A stretch of DNA of 64,000 bases from Trichodelitschia bisporula (taxonomy: Eukaryota): assembly GCA_010356995.1 (NCBI GenBank), contig ML996691.1, positions 1,060,174-1,124,173 on the forward strand. Direction: 5' to 3'. How positions within the stretch are numbered: the first letter of the stretch is position 1; each line of letters opens with the position of its first letter. Below are positions 39,986 through 52,423 of the stretch, in pieces. The translations under genes were made by a program, and so were the position numbers. Under the pieces are notes generated by a model. The model did not search any database. It saw only the letters and a list, made by a program, of their open reading frames with translations, and was not told the origin of the DNA.

Positions 39986-40346
39986 GGCGAGGGAGGATTA
40001 GGTGTTGTCTAATGCGGAGTGTTGATGCCAATTGGGAGATGAAGACGGCGGTTAGCAGTTCACACTCTGTCCAGAAGCTGCGGGCGGTGATGTCAGCGGT
40101 CGGGCAAAAGTGCGGAGCCCTGTCGCGTCGCGTGTCACCGTGTCGTGAACTTCTGCTCCGCCAAATTATTCTACCGACTGGCAATTCTCCCACTTCCACG
40201 AAACATCCCCGCCCTCTCCGTGTCTTCTTTATCTGAACACAGACAGTTACTCATAAGTATATATCCAGCCTGCGGATTTCATACGCGAGCACCGAGTGCT
40301 TGCCTCGCCGAGCCCTTCGTAGACTCCGCCGACGCGCCTCCCCACC

Positions 40347-41760
40347 ATGTCTCAAAACTTTCCTCAAGAACCCGAAGACGAGACTCACGATCTGAGCAGA
40401 GAATTCCACAAGATGTCCGCAGAGGATTCTGAGTTGCGGCCAGAGAGTAGCCGGCCCAACAGCAGAGACGTGGACAGTGGGCGTAGCGGCTTCAACACAA
40501 CCTCGCCCTCGGAGCGGTACTACACGCCGCCTCCGGAGCGGAAGGAGCTCCACTATAAGCTCACGATGACGCTGATGGGGCATAAGAAGGCTGTGACGAT
40601 GGTCAAGTTCTCGCCTGATGGGAAGAAGATTGCCAGTTGCTGTGAGTGTCTGGTGGGGTTCGGCACATAGAGTATGCTAATGGCGCCGACAGCCTCTGAT
40701 GCGACAATCAAGATCTGGGATGTAGAAGCGGCTCGGTACGAGCATACACTTGAAGGTCATCTAGCTGGAATATCAACCATAGCCTGGGCTCCCGACTCCA
40801 CCATGATTGCCTCGGGATCAGATGACAAGTCTATCAGATTGTGGAATGCGCGAACCGTGAGATGATACAGGTCCCGCTGCAGATTATCTGCTAACACCGC
40901 ACGTAGGGTCGCGCGCATCCGTACCCCTGCCTCGGCCACCACAACTACGTCTACTCAATCGCCTTCTCACCCAAGGGCAACATGATCGTCAGCGGCTCGT
41001 ACGACGAGGCCGTGTTCCTCTGGGACGTGCGTGCGGCGCGGCCGATGCGAACACTCCCTGCACACTCAGACCCTGTCAGCGGTGTGGACTTTGTGCGGGA
41101 TGGCACGCTGATCGTTAGCTGCTCGAGCGATGGCCTGATGTATGTAGAGCGGAACATCTTGAGGGCAGAGCTAACTGGCGCAGCCGTCTCTGGGACACGG
41201 CTACGGGACAGTGCCTCCGCACCCTCATCCACGAAGACAACGCGCCGGTCACTAGCGTCCGCTTCTCTCCCAACGGCAAATATGTCCTTGCATGGGCGCT
41301 CGACAACAGCATCCGGCTGTGGAACTATGTCGAAGGTCGCTGTATGAAGACGTACACGGGCCACAAGAACGAAAAGTTCAGCCTCGGCGGCTCGTTCGGC
41401 GTCTACGGTCCGCGCGACAACCGCTCGGCTTTTGTGGCAAGCGGAGACGAGGATGGCGCGGTGTGGCTTTGGGACGTGGGGAGCAAGGTGATGCTACAGA
41501 AGATAGAGAAGGCGCACGAAGGAGTGGTCTTTAGCGTCGATACGTACAGCGGGCCCGAGTGTGACATGATTGTCTCAGGCGGCGACGACAATGCTGTCAG
41601 GGTGTGGGTACAGAAGGAGACCGAGCCCAACACCATGGATTCAGACGGTGCGAGGCCCGCGAAAGAGGCGGAGCATGTGCCGGATGGGACTGCAGATGGC
41701 GTGGACGGGGACGCGGTGAATGGGGATGTCGAGATGGTGGATGCATCAGGGCCACAGTAA
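40347..41760 (+). CDS. SWD3: WD40-repeat protein, WDR5/Swd3 (COMPASS subunit) family
   Basis: Introns 40642-40692, 40857-40906 and 41140-41183. Motifs [66 protein letters not shown] and [12 protein letters not shown]. Confidence 0.9.
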
Positions 41761-43865
41761 GTAGGAAAGTGGAGGCGCAACTCAACAGATGCAGCCTCCA
41801 TCACCGTGAAATACGACCTATCCAGACAATCGACCCTTTAGACCACCGATCACGGCGCCTCAACCGACGGGACGGGAATATTTACGCTCACTGGCGGATT
41901 CAATTCCGCCTTACCGGCGTCTCGGGTTGACCTCAGCTGATTTTACCGCGCGCAGCAGCCACATGCACACGCAGCCGCGCCAGTGGCGCACTCACTGCAT
42001 CTGTCTTGCTGCATGCTGCCAACCTCGCCGCGCCCGCCTGCAGCTGCTGCAAGCCTCTTTGGAGCGCTTATCCACACGACGTGCGATGCGCAAATCTGTG
42101 CGACCCGGGAAATTCGATCGGTCTATTGGGGGCTGCAGGCTAGATTGCCGTGCTGGGGCCGGAAAAGATGATTGGCGTGGGTTGGGACGTGGAGATCTTG
42201 GAAAAGATGGTTGAGAATGGGGAAGCGGTCTGTGTGTAGTAGCTGCTTCCGGGATGAGTGGTGGTGTGGGGTTAGAGTGTGGGGAGGTATGTGAACGCTT
42301 TTCAAGGCGCGAGTATTGTGGAGATATTGTGTCGCCGTGGTCGGAACGAGATTGAGCGGTCGAGGCTTGGTCAATGCCCATATCTCGGGAGATTTACGTC
42401 AATACACGCAATGATATGCGGAGGATTTCCCCGTTGGAAGGTAGTGGGCGGATGGGATGGTGGCCGTATTGTACAGTGGATGTACGTATACTCTATATAT
42501 CCGTCGTGTTAGGCTTCCGGCTAACATACGATGACAGATGGTGTTGGGATGTGGCGCCATGCCTGTCTAGGCCACGATGGACATTCTATAATGGGTACTT
42601 CTATTGCTCTCGTACCATCTGTAGTATGGAATCGACACTTTGAAGGGGCCGATTCTAACGTCTCTTTCGCCGTCCGTGTTCGCGCTTTACTGTCCCGTCC
42701 CTCGGCCGATTCGACGAAGCGGATGTGTGCTGGGCATTTAGAGCGCTGACAAGCCAATTACGGCTTGCTATTATTAGCAGGGACCGTCGGCTGCTCTGTT
42801 GTCGGCCGGCCATCCCTACTACTGTGTCGAGCGTTGCCGTAAGCGTCGGTGGGGACGAGTAGCACCCGAGGTTGTCGCTCTGGGGAAGCTGTCCCTCTGG
42901 CACTGGGAAGTGAGATGCGAATGTTGCCGATCGGTGAGTTATCCGGGCTGGGGGAACGAGGCTGACGAAACAGACAGTCAACTGCAACACCAAGTGCTGG
43001 CAGGCATCGTGAGTGAGTGCAGGGTAATCGCTCGATCACCACTCCACACTCAACCACCTCCATACTCCACCACACCGGTTCCCACCACCCCGCAACACTC
43101 AATTTTTTTTCCTGGATGACGCAGATGACTTTATTTTTGCGTTCCTCCCCATGGCCTGGCGCTCGACTTCTTCCGGGACGTTGGGCGTACGTGCGACGGA
43201 AAGGGCAAGAGAAGCCTGTCTCCCATCTCGCACGATGACGAGGCCCTCTCTCTACACCCTAGAGCTAAACACATTGCGCCCAGCATAGCGGCCCTCTCAC
43301 TCCCCGGATGCAGCAGTCTGCTCTGATTGTCTTGTCCGCAAATGCTCATCCCCGCGCCGGTCGCTTGGGTGGCCATTGCCAATCTCGGGCAGCGTGACCT
43401 GCATCATATAAAGGAGGCCATAATTGCAATATATCCCCACGCCCTCACCCTCCCGCCCTCTGCCGCCGTCGGCAACCCGGACTAGAGGTACCAAGTATAC
43501 ACCCAGTATTTATCCATTATTTGCGCTTTGTCGCTTCTCTCTTGATCCCCCCCCTTCCCCCCTCACCCCTTCTCGGCGCCCGCCCTTCCCTTCTCTCTCT
43601 CCCCACATTTTCTCTCCCCATCGCCAGCAGTCGTCGCGGGTCGCCTTTCCGCCACCCCGTCCGCTCTTTTTTTCATCGTGTACGCTTCCGGCCCTCTTTC
43701 ACTCTTTCGCGTAAATGGTTGCGTTGCGGTAAAACGTCGAGTGTCCTTTTTTCTTCCCTTCTCTTCTAGTCTTCTTTCCCCGGAATCCGAAGACGAGCCT
43801 TTACACCGCGCCGGCTACGCCACGTTTTCCCGACCAGTTCGAGGTCCACCCCACTACTGCGCACT

Positions 43866-45368
43866 ATGAAGTCGCTCGTTTTTCTGGCCTTGCTGCCGTT
43901 AGGCCTGGCGGCTCCGGCACCTCAATGGAATGGCTCGAATGGGCGCAGCTGCGGGTGCCGCGAGGTCATTTGCCCGAACCAAGGGCCGGATGTAGGAGTC
44001 TTCCGAAAGGTTCGGAGAGTAGCGATGCTAACCGCGCCAGCATTGCGCGTGTCTAAATTCTGCAGCCGAAGAGTGCCAGCGCACGCAGCCGCGGGGCTGT
44101 GCCGCACCGCCGGTGAGTCCTTCCCAAGCCATTGAACACCGAACGGAGTACTGACCCTCGGCAGCGATGCGGCGATAATTGTACGTACCGACTCGATCCC
44201 CGGCCCACAACCNNNNNNNNNNNNNNNNNNNNNNNNNNNNNNNNNNNNNNNNNNNNNNNNNNNNNNNNNNNNNNNNNNNNNNNNNNNNNNNNNNNNNNNN
44301 NNNNNNNNNNNNNNNNNNNNNNNNNNNNNNNNNNNNNNNNNNNNNNNNNNNNNNNNNNNNNNNNNNNNNNNNNNNNNNNNNNNNNNNNNNNNNNNNNNNN
44401 NNNNNNNNNNNNNNNNNNNNNNNNNNNNNNNNNNNNNNNNNNNNNNNNNNNNNNNNNNNNNNNNNNNNNNNNNNNNNNNNNNNNNNNNNNNNNNNNNNNN
44501 NNNNNNNNNNNNNNNNNNNNNNNNNNNNNNNNNNNNNNNNNNNNNNNNNNNNNNNNNNNNNNNNNNNNNNNNNNNNNNNNNNNNNNNNNNNNNNNNNNNN
44601 NNNNNNNNNNNNNNNNNNNNNNNNNNNNNNNNNNNNNNNNNNNNNNNNNNNNNNNNNNNNNNNNNNNNAAGCCCCGCCTCCGCCGCCCCCGCCCAGAGTC
44701 ACGACCATTGTTCCGCCCCGCAGCACTACGGCCCCGTGGTCCGTCCCGCCCCCGCCGCCTCCGCAATCCATCCCCACCGCGCCACCTCCGCCGCCCGCTG
44801 CCCCGTGGACGCCGCCGGCATGGACACCGCCTGCGCCGGGCGGGCCGGGTTGGACGCCGATTGGCGGCGGCGCAGTCCCGACCGCTACACCGACCGCGAA
44901 CCCGACGCCCGCGGCTCCGCCACCGGCGGCCGCACCACCGCCACCACCGGGGAGCGATCAAGTCGCTGCGCCGCCGACGGCAGGCGAGGGACAGACGAGG
45001 TGTGGGCCAGGCATGCCGAAGTGCACCGGGAACACGTATTGCGATCCACAGCCTTTGTGTAGTATCGGGGAGGATTGTGCGGGTGTTTGTTTGCCGATAT
45101 TCACGAGTCGGGTGGTGAGTGGCTTCTTTCCGTTGCCCCGGCCCGTTTCGGGTAGAGTGGGGCAGGGGTTTTGGTGGAGAAAGGGCTAATGGGACAGGTG
45201 GATCTTGAACCGAATATTACCTACTCGCAGCCGTGGAGCGTGCGGCGTACTATTTGGCAGGGCCTGCTGGATGATGGGACGTTCTCGATTTACCGCGTTA
45301 GCAACCACGAGGTACAGCCGCAGCAGGGACATCGCGTGTGGTCGATTGCCGATGACGTCGCATTGTGA
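43866..45368 (+). CDS. Secreted proline-rich protein with Cys-rich N- and C-terminal modules, interrupted by an assembly gap
   Basis: Signal peptide MKSLVFLALLPLGLAAP. Introns 43992-44040, 44113-44164 and 45115-45197. Segments: CGCREVICP...HCACLNSAAEEC, a polyproline stalk, and CGPGMPKCTGNTYCDPQPLCSIGEDCAGVC. Confidence 0.75.
44213..44668. other. Assembly gap (456 N)
   Basis: Run of N. Confidence 1.
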
Positions 45369-45685
45369 GAAGGAGAGAAAGAGAGTAGGTAAGGGATTCC
45401 GTAGACGGGATAATTGACGGATTGGGGCTTGGGTAGCGACGGGGAGAGGAAGGGGTTGTGTATAGCGCATTAGTGGATGGGAGGAGGGGGCCCCGTCGTG
45501 AATCCCGCCCCGTAGCAAATCTGTGCTTTCGACGTTGCATACACGGCGTTATTCGCGATGTATACTAGTTTTTGTGAGATTTTGGCCGCCCGGCGCTGTA
45601 TCTAGTTTGAACGCGCGGGCTTTACTGTAAAAGCATCGTTTGGTTCGTAGCCGCACACGCCATCGTTCCCAAACCCCCTATCCTC

Positions 45686-45927
45686 TGATGTAGATATGAG
45701 GCAAGAGCATTGTTATGTTAGGAAGGAGCATACTTCTCTGAGGGAGGCACGGAGGACATGATGTAATGAGCGCATGGTGTGAGGAAGAAGCATAAGGAGG
45801 ATACTTGGCATCAACGGCGTATTTAGTCTGGCTTCGCCTCTTTCCTCTCCTCTTCTTCTCTTCGTCTTTACTCCAATCTTCAGTTTACACAGTCGCCTTT
45901 GCACGTGAATAGCCCTAGCTCCCATTA
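45686..45927 (+). mobile_element. Dispersed repeat copy 2 (solo-LTR-like, opposite orientation, more degenerate)
   Basis: TGATGTAGATATG...GAGCATTGTTATGTTAGGAAGGAGCA...CTCTTCGTCT...AATCTTCAGTTT...GCACG...GCTCCCATTA matches the reverse complement of 60405-60605 and 12457-12671. Confidence 0.7.
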
Positions 45928-46296
45928 CTACGTACTACCTCTCGGCCGTAATCAAAACGATGTGAGGCATAAGGCAGAGCCTCCTTATCCCTATTTTTGG
46001 ACCGGAAGAATCGCACGCCCAGCCCTCCGGAGAAATCCCCCCCCCGCTTTCCCGCGCCGTTCCTGCAGGTGCCGTAGCCGACTAGCCGGCCGGCTGCGGG
46101 AGCCAAGACGGCGTGGGAGGGGGCGGCGGTCGCGTGGTCGCGGCTAATTATAGTCGTACATCGGTGTGCGATCTCAGCGGCTCGGCGCGGAGATTTATGG
46201 AGTGTGGTTCCTGGACTAGTAGACGCATGACCCATCGTGACGGGAAGGTGGTGCAGGGTATCTCGACATTTTTCCAAAAAACCATCACCCAGTCTA

Positions 46297-49200
46297 TCAA
46301 ACATCAACCTCCCCCCTCCCCATCTCCCTAACAACCCCCCTCAACCCTTCCGCCAAACCCCCCACCACCGTCTCCCAAGCCCCCCTCGCATCCCCCCCCT
46401 CAATAAGATACTCCTCCACCACCCATCTCAGCCACTTAACCACCGCCACCGCCTTGGCCATATCCCCCTCCTCCCGCACCACCCGCGCCAAATACGTCCC
46501 CAATGCATCCACATCCTCCTCATATGGCCCCTCGTCCCGAAACTCCCGCACCCACCCCGTCACCGCCTCCCGTATTTCACGGAGGTCGCCCAGCTTAGCC
46601 GGCGTGAACGTCGGCCGTGGCGGCCGCGGGGGCAGGCTGACGAAGCGCTGCAAGGAAGTAGCGGTATCGCGCGTCGCCGACCGGGGGGCGGGACGGACAG
46701 TGCGGGCCCGTAGCCGTGCTTGCTCGGCGAGCACTTCGGCGCGGATGTCCGGCGGCAGCTCGGCGAGGACTTGCGGATCTATCCCGTCCTCGGCTGCTTG
46801 ATCGTCGCCGTCTGTGTCGGTGCCCGGCGCAGAGCCACCGGTCTCTGCCCGTGGGGCCGGCCGCGCGGATATAAACGCCTGCGTCAGGGTTGCGTTCGCG
46901 GGCGGGCGGGCGGCGGATTTGGGCGGCCGGCCGCGGCGCCTGGGTTGGGGGGGCGGGCGTTTAGATAGGGGACGGGGACGGCGCGGGGATTGAGGGGCCG
47001 GGCGGCGGGGAGACTGAGGAGGTGTGGGGTTCGGGCGCTGGTTGTAGAAGGCTAGGACTTCGGCGCGGACGTCGGGGGGGAGTTCGTTGAGGGTTGCGGG
47101 GTCGAGCTGGGATTCGGCTGGGAGGAGGGTGAAGGGGCGGGGGGTGGCGTTGGGCGGAGGGGGGGGAGAGGATGGCCTGGTCTCGGCGGGCGCGTCGGCG
47201 GGCTTTGGGTTGCCTTTTAGGCGGTTGACGAAGCGGGCGCGGATGTCGGCTGGGAGTTCGGCGAGGACGGATGGGTCGACTTGGGTTGGGAGGATGAATT
47301 GGGTGCCTGATGTGTTGAGGGGTTTGCGGCTAGGACTGGGCTGGTTGAGGGCTGGGGCGCCGAAGCCGACGCGGTCCGCGGGCACTTTTGGCTTAGTGGG
47401 TGTGGCGACGTCGTCTGGGTCGGAAGGCGGCGGGCGGGGAGGGGACTTGGGTTTGAATTGGAGGAGGCGTTGGCTGCTGTCGGGCTTGCCTTCGGGTTTT
47501 AGGGGCTCGAGCTTGGTCATCTGCACGCCGATGCCGCGTAGCTCACCGGGCGAGATGCCGAATGACTTGAGCATGAGGATGGTTTCTTTGGCTATGATCT
47601 CTTTAGCGTTGGTTGCGACTCCGAGAATGAGACTTTTGTTGAAGGTGTCGCATTTGCCGTGCCCGAGATGCTTGGGCGGATCGAGTGGTGCATCTGCTGC
47701 TCGCTTCATGATCTTGAGGGAGAGTTGCTTGCCTTTGACTTTCTCCTTGAGCAGCCGGCTATGGAGCTCGCCGCCGATGTTCTCCATGAACTCGTCGACT
47801 TGCTCCTGGGTGACGAATCGCACGCCCCAGTTTACTTCGGCGGAGACGGACTTGCGGATCTCGACATCGCCCACTTCTTTCCGGTCGATACCGCGAGCAC
47901 ATTCCCACAGCCTCTCTCCAGTCTTAGGCCCGAGGGCAGTGGTAAGCCGATCACGCGTGACCTCGCGAATGTCCCGAACTAACTTGATGCCGAGTTCTTC
48001 GAGCTTGCCACCTGTACTGTGCGCCACGCCGGGTAACTTCTGAACCTCCAACGGGCCAATGAAGTCGAGAACCTCCTCCGGGCAAACTTGGTATTGACCG
48101 GCAGGCTTCGCTTTCCTCAGCGCCAGCTTTGCGAGGAGGATATTCCCGCCAATACCAACAGAGACTTCGCATCCCGTTCTTGCTCTAACATCGTCGCGAA
48201 CCTGCCGCGCGATCTGGTCTGCTTCAGCCTGTTCGCGGTCCACGCCTCCCTCATTGCGCTTGACGGCATCCGTTCCAGCAGCTGCAGCGCAGAGCATGGT
48301 GGCATCGACGAGGACCTCGTCGATACTAACGCTTTGTATGACACCACCCGTTGCGATCACAGATTCGTAAAAGGCTCTGCTAGCCTCTTCGTAGGCCGGA
48401 AAGTCGTACGGAAGCACTTTGAGCTCTGGACAGAGCTCCAGAGCGCGCTTCATCCACATCCCGTTGTGAGCACCAAATTCGCGGGCGGGATAGTTGCAGC
48501 TTGCGATCTCGGAGGCGCTGCCGTTGCTGTGCGCGATGGCGACGGGCTTGTCCTTGTACTGGGGGTGTTTCTTGAGCGAGACGGCTGCGAAGAAGCTGTC
48601 GAAGTCGACGTGCAGAATGTATCGACGTGCATGGGCTGGCCGTTTCTCGCGTCGCTTTTGAGAGGCGGTCTTTTCGTCTGCCATGGCTTGGAGTTGGGCT
48701 TTGAGATCGGCTTTCCATGTTGAGAGATGGTGTAGACGTGACTCCCGGTAATACTGCTCGAGAAAGCCTGGGTTGACGACAGTTGTCTTGCGGATGTTGG
48801 GGTCGGAGAGGAGGATGGCGTTGTGCTCTTCGGCTGTCAGCTTTCGGCGCTTGGATGGCGAGACGTCGATGTCCGAATCGTGAGCTCGCTTGTTGCTTTC
48901 CGGCTCGGGAGTGCGGGCATCTTGCACTTCGGTCACGATCTCCGCGGCATCTCCCTCGAAACCCAAATTTGTGTCTTCAGCGTCATGGGGGCTGCTCGGA
49001 ACGTCCAAACTGGGGACAAGCTCGAGCTGCTTCAGGGCCTGGGCCTGGATATGTGGTTCAAGATAACCCTCCGATTCTGCTGTCTCAATCTGCCGTAAGT
49101 CACGAATCAGATGCGGGGTGGATTGAGGGACCGCACTAGGTTTCTTTTCCTCGTCGGAGTCGCTGACGTCTTCGACAGCAGAGGAGCGTTGGGTCCTGTA

Positions 49201-49868
49201 CTTGGAGCTTTGCGACTGTCGGGGCGGATCCATCCCTCCGGGAGATTGGTTCTTCAGCTGCTTTGTATACCAGCTTCTGTCTGATTCTTCCCTGTAGCCC
49301 CTGGCGGGAGTATTCGTCTGGGTGCTCATGCCCCCATTGTTGAAAGAGAGGACCTTCTGCCTCGGCCCCTCATCCACGACCCGGAAGGCTTCCCATGGCA
49401 ACAGCTTCCCCGCCTTTACGCTCTCCACCACCCAAGCCGGCTTCACGATCCGGTATTTGCGAAATTCGACAGCCTTTTTGGGCGTGAGGTTGCTAGCGAT
49501 GATATGCGTGACCATGGTCTTGCCGTCCAGGTATTGCATGAACCCACCACCATGCTGGACAATCATCTTGTGGAGATCGTTAAGAGAGGGTTGGGTGTAG
49601 CCATTAATGTGCGCGACAATGCCACGGAATATCTGAGGCCTGTCACCAGCCTGGGAGCGTAGCTCGACATCGAGATTCTGCAGCTTGATCTTCTTGCGCC
49701 GGAAGTAGTCGCCAAAACCTCCAAAGGCTGAGGGATCGTACTCCTCACCCTCTTCATTGTCAAAAGAGTCTGGCAGCTGTTAGTGCCAGTCGGACGCGCC
49801 GTGGCAAACATACGGTTCTCGATGCGCTTGCGCACCTCACTGGATGTCTTGTCGAGCCGCGAGCCCAT
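46297..49868 (-). CDS. REV1: DNA repair protein Rev1 (Y-family deoxycytidyl transferase)
   Basis: Start MGSRLDKTSSEVRKRIEN, intron 49813-49770, FGGFGDYFRRKKIKLQ, BRCT domain (THIIASNL...VKPAWVVES), SRLHHLSTWK, YILHVDFDSFF, SCNYPAR, SIDE, UBM repeats and a C-terminal domain. Confidence 0.97.
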
Positions 49869-49986
49869 GATAACGATTAAGCATTCAGGAATGGATAGGA
49901 CAGCATAGAGCGACGCAATTCTCGACGCGAAGAGCTGGCGACAAAGGCCATAGCATCGATGATGACCTCGTAGTGAGGATGGCGAC

Positions 49987-49992
49987 ACGCGT
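49987..49992. promoter_or_regulatory. MCB-like element (ACGCGT) in the REV1/FPR4 divergent promoter
   Basis: Perfect ACGCGT about 120 bp upstream of the REV1 ATG, with ACGCGA near 49925. MCB elements are typical of DNA replication/repair gene promoters, but a hexamer is weak evidence in GC-rich DNA. Confidence 0.3.
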
Positions 49993-50450
49993 CATCGCGA
50001 TGTACGTAATCACGTGATGGCAATGAGTGCATCCAGGCAGCAGCCAATGAAAGAAGAGGTTGGGCAGGAGCCACCAGAGACTCGTCACGGCTGGATGCCT
50101 CAGTGCCATGCGGCCTCATGCCCGAGCAATTCAAGGTTCTTCTTCACCTTTCATCGCGAACTTTTTGCGCGCCCCATCGGACCGAAGCGAATTGCAGCAA
50201 AAACAAACAACAAAGTTTGCCGCACAAGTGAGGGGCGTTGCCAGGTGCCAAGATTTCGGAGTGGAGGCCTGGGTTTGGCCCGTGCGCTAGCGTTGGTTAT
50301 CGATTTCTTTGCTCCAGGATCTTTTTTTTTCTCTTCTTCTACCTCTTCGTCCCCAACTCTCTCCTCCGCCTCATCCCCCCATCCTCTCTCCCTCCCTCCA
50401 TCAACTTCCCCATTGAATCTCCCAACACTTCATACTTTCACATCTTCATC

Positions 50451-52051
50451 ATGTCTTCGCAACCTGTGGCTGTCTACGGCCTGGAGGTCCCCGCCGGCGA
50501 CATCATGATCCAGGCGAACCCGGCCAACTTCCCTGCCACTGTAAGCAGCTTTTCTCTGCGCCCATGAGTCGCGATACTAACCGCGGCAGTTCCGCATCAC
50601 GATGGCTGCCATCGACCCCACTGCTGAGGTTGAGGATGCTGGCGACATGCCGATTCGTTCGACCCTCAAGCTCGTGCGCCTCCCCTTCGGCGATGATGAA
50701 GAGGATTCAGACGACGACGACGATGACATTAGCTCCATCGAGCGTCGTCTGGGTCTCGAGTCCGACGAGTCTGAGGAGGAGACCAACGGCGGCCCGTCTG
50801 ACCCGGCCAAGTCGCGTAAGGCGCGCGCTCTTGCGCTTCTCGAGGCTTTGAAGAAGGAAAACGACATGGACGTGGACGAGGAGGCCAATGGCGTCAACGG
50901 CGACAAGGGCAAAGCCAAGGCTTCCGACGAAGAGGAGTCTGATGACGAGACGGATTACGGCTCGGAGGATCTCGACGAAATGGAGGAGTTCGTCATCTGC
51001 ACGCTCGACCCGAAACTGGTATGTTCTTCTCACATCTTGTCGCTCAATTGCGCTAACAAGCAAACAGCACTGCCAGCAGCCCATTGACATTGTCATCAAC
51101 AAGGGCGAGCCGTGCTACTTCAAGGTCACCGGCACCCACACAGTCTACCTGACCGGCAACTTCACTGAGCATCCCGATGACACTGATGATGAGGATGACG
51201 AAGAGGGAGATGACAGCATGCTCGGGTACGAGGAGGACGACGAAGAGCTGTCGGAGCTTGATTCGGAGGATGATGTCCTCGATGGCCTCAGTAATCGCAT
51301 CATGGAGATCGACTCCGAGGAGGAGAAGGAGGCCCCCAAGCTGGTCAAGTCCAAGGGCAAGCGTGCTGCCGAGGACTCGGAAGACGAGGCTCTGGCGCCC
51401 AAGGCTGCTGAGGCTGCCCCTACTGAGAAGCTGAGCAAGAAGCAGAAGAAGAAGCTCAAGAACAACGAGGGCCAGGCCGTCGCCGCGGACAAGCCCGAGG
51501 AGAAGAAGACCGACGCTAAGAAGGCGAAGGCCAAGGACGCCGCGAAGGACAGCCCTGCCAACAGCAAGAAGGTCCAGTTCGCGGAGAAGCTCGAGCAGGG
51601 TCCTACTCCCACCAAGGGCGACAAGGCGGCTGACAAGGCGAAGCCGGCTGAGAAGGGCAACAAGGCCAAGGCGACCCGCGTTGTCAACGGTGTGACCATC
51701 GAAGACCGCAAGACCGGCTCCGGCCAGCAGGCCAAGAAGGGCGACAAGATTGGCATGCGGTACGTGGGCAAGCTGAAGGATGGCAAGGTCTTCGATTGTA
51801 AGTCTGAAACATGTCGTTTTGAGAGCATCCACTGACTTGTGGCAGCCAACACGCGTGGTGACCCCTTCAAGTTCAAGCTCGGCACCGGCGAGGTGATCAA
51901 GGGCTGGGACATTGGTGTCGCGGGCATGGCGGTCGGTGGCGAGCGCCGCATTGTCGTGCCGGCGCAGCTGGCGTACGGCAAGAAGGCCATGCCGGGCCTG
52001 CCGGCCAACTCGGAGCTGACGTTTGACCTGAAGCTGCTGTCGATCAACTAG
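50451..52051 (+). CDS. FPR4: Nucleolar FK506-binding PPIase / histone chaperone (nucleoplasmin-like + acidic + basic + FKBP domains)
   Basis: Motifs [53 protein letters not shown] and [20 protein letters not shown]. Introns 50541-50589, 51019-51067 and 51798-51845. Confidence 0.95.
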
Positions 52052-52423
52052 ATTTGGCGGTGTGGCATTGGGTTGGTTCGTTGGCACACGGACAGGGTCG
52101 GACAGATGCGATTTTTCTAGGCTTTCTCTCTATACCCTTGTTGATGATGGCGTAGCTCTTTGACTTTGCGTGCTTAGGTCTGGGTGTAGGGATCGGAGCT
52201 TTGTAAAAGTGCATTTGTAGGTAGGCGTAATTACTTTGACTACATTGCGGGTATGGGTGATGTCATTATGTTGGAGGAGAAGGGGTATCGATGTGAGGAG
52301 CGAATGCAGATGCCCTATGCGACCCGAATGTTCAACGCCAGCGGTCAACGTTAGAGATCAGCGCCAGAAGCAAACCCAAACATCTCAAAAACCAGGTAAA
52401 GCAAAAACCCGCTCATGCATCCC

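Noticed and set aside
44028..45189. Long ORFs of 249-336 aa spanning Ns
   Set aside because: Their lengths are artefacts of the 456-N gap.
47087..52087. Long antisense ORFs (318, 344 and 300 aa) opposite REV1 and FPR4
   Set aside because: Shadow ORFs caused by high GC3 codon bias of the real genes.
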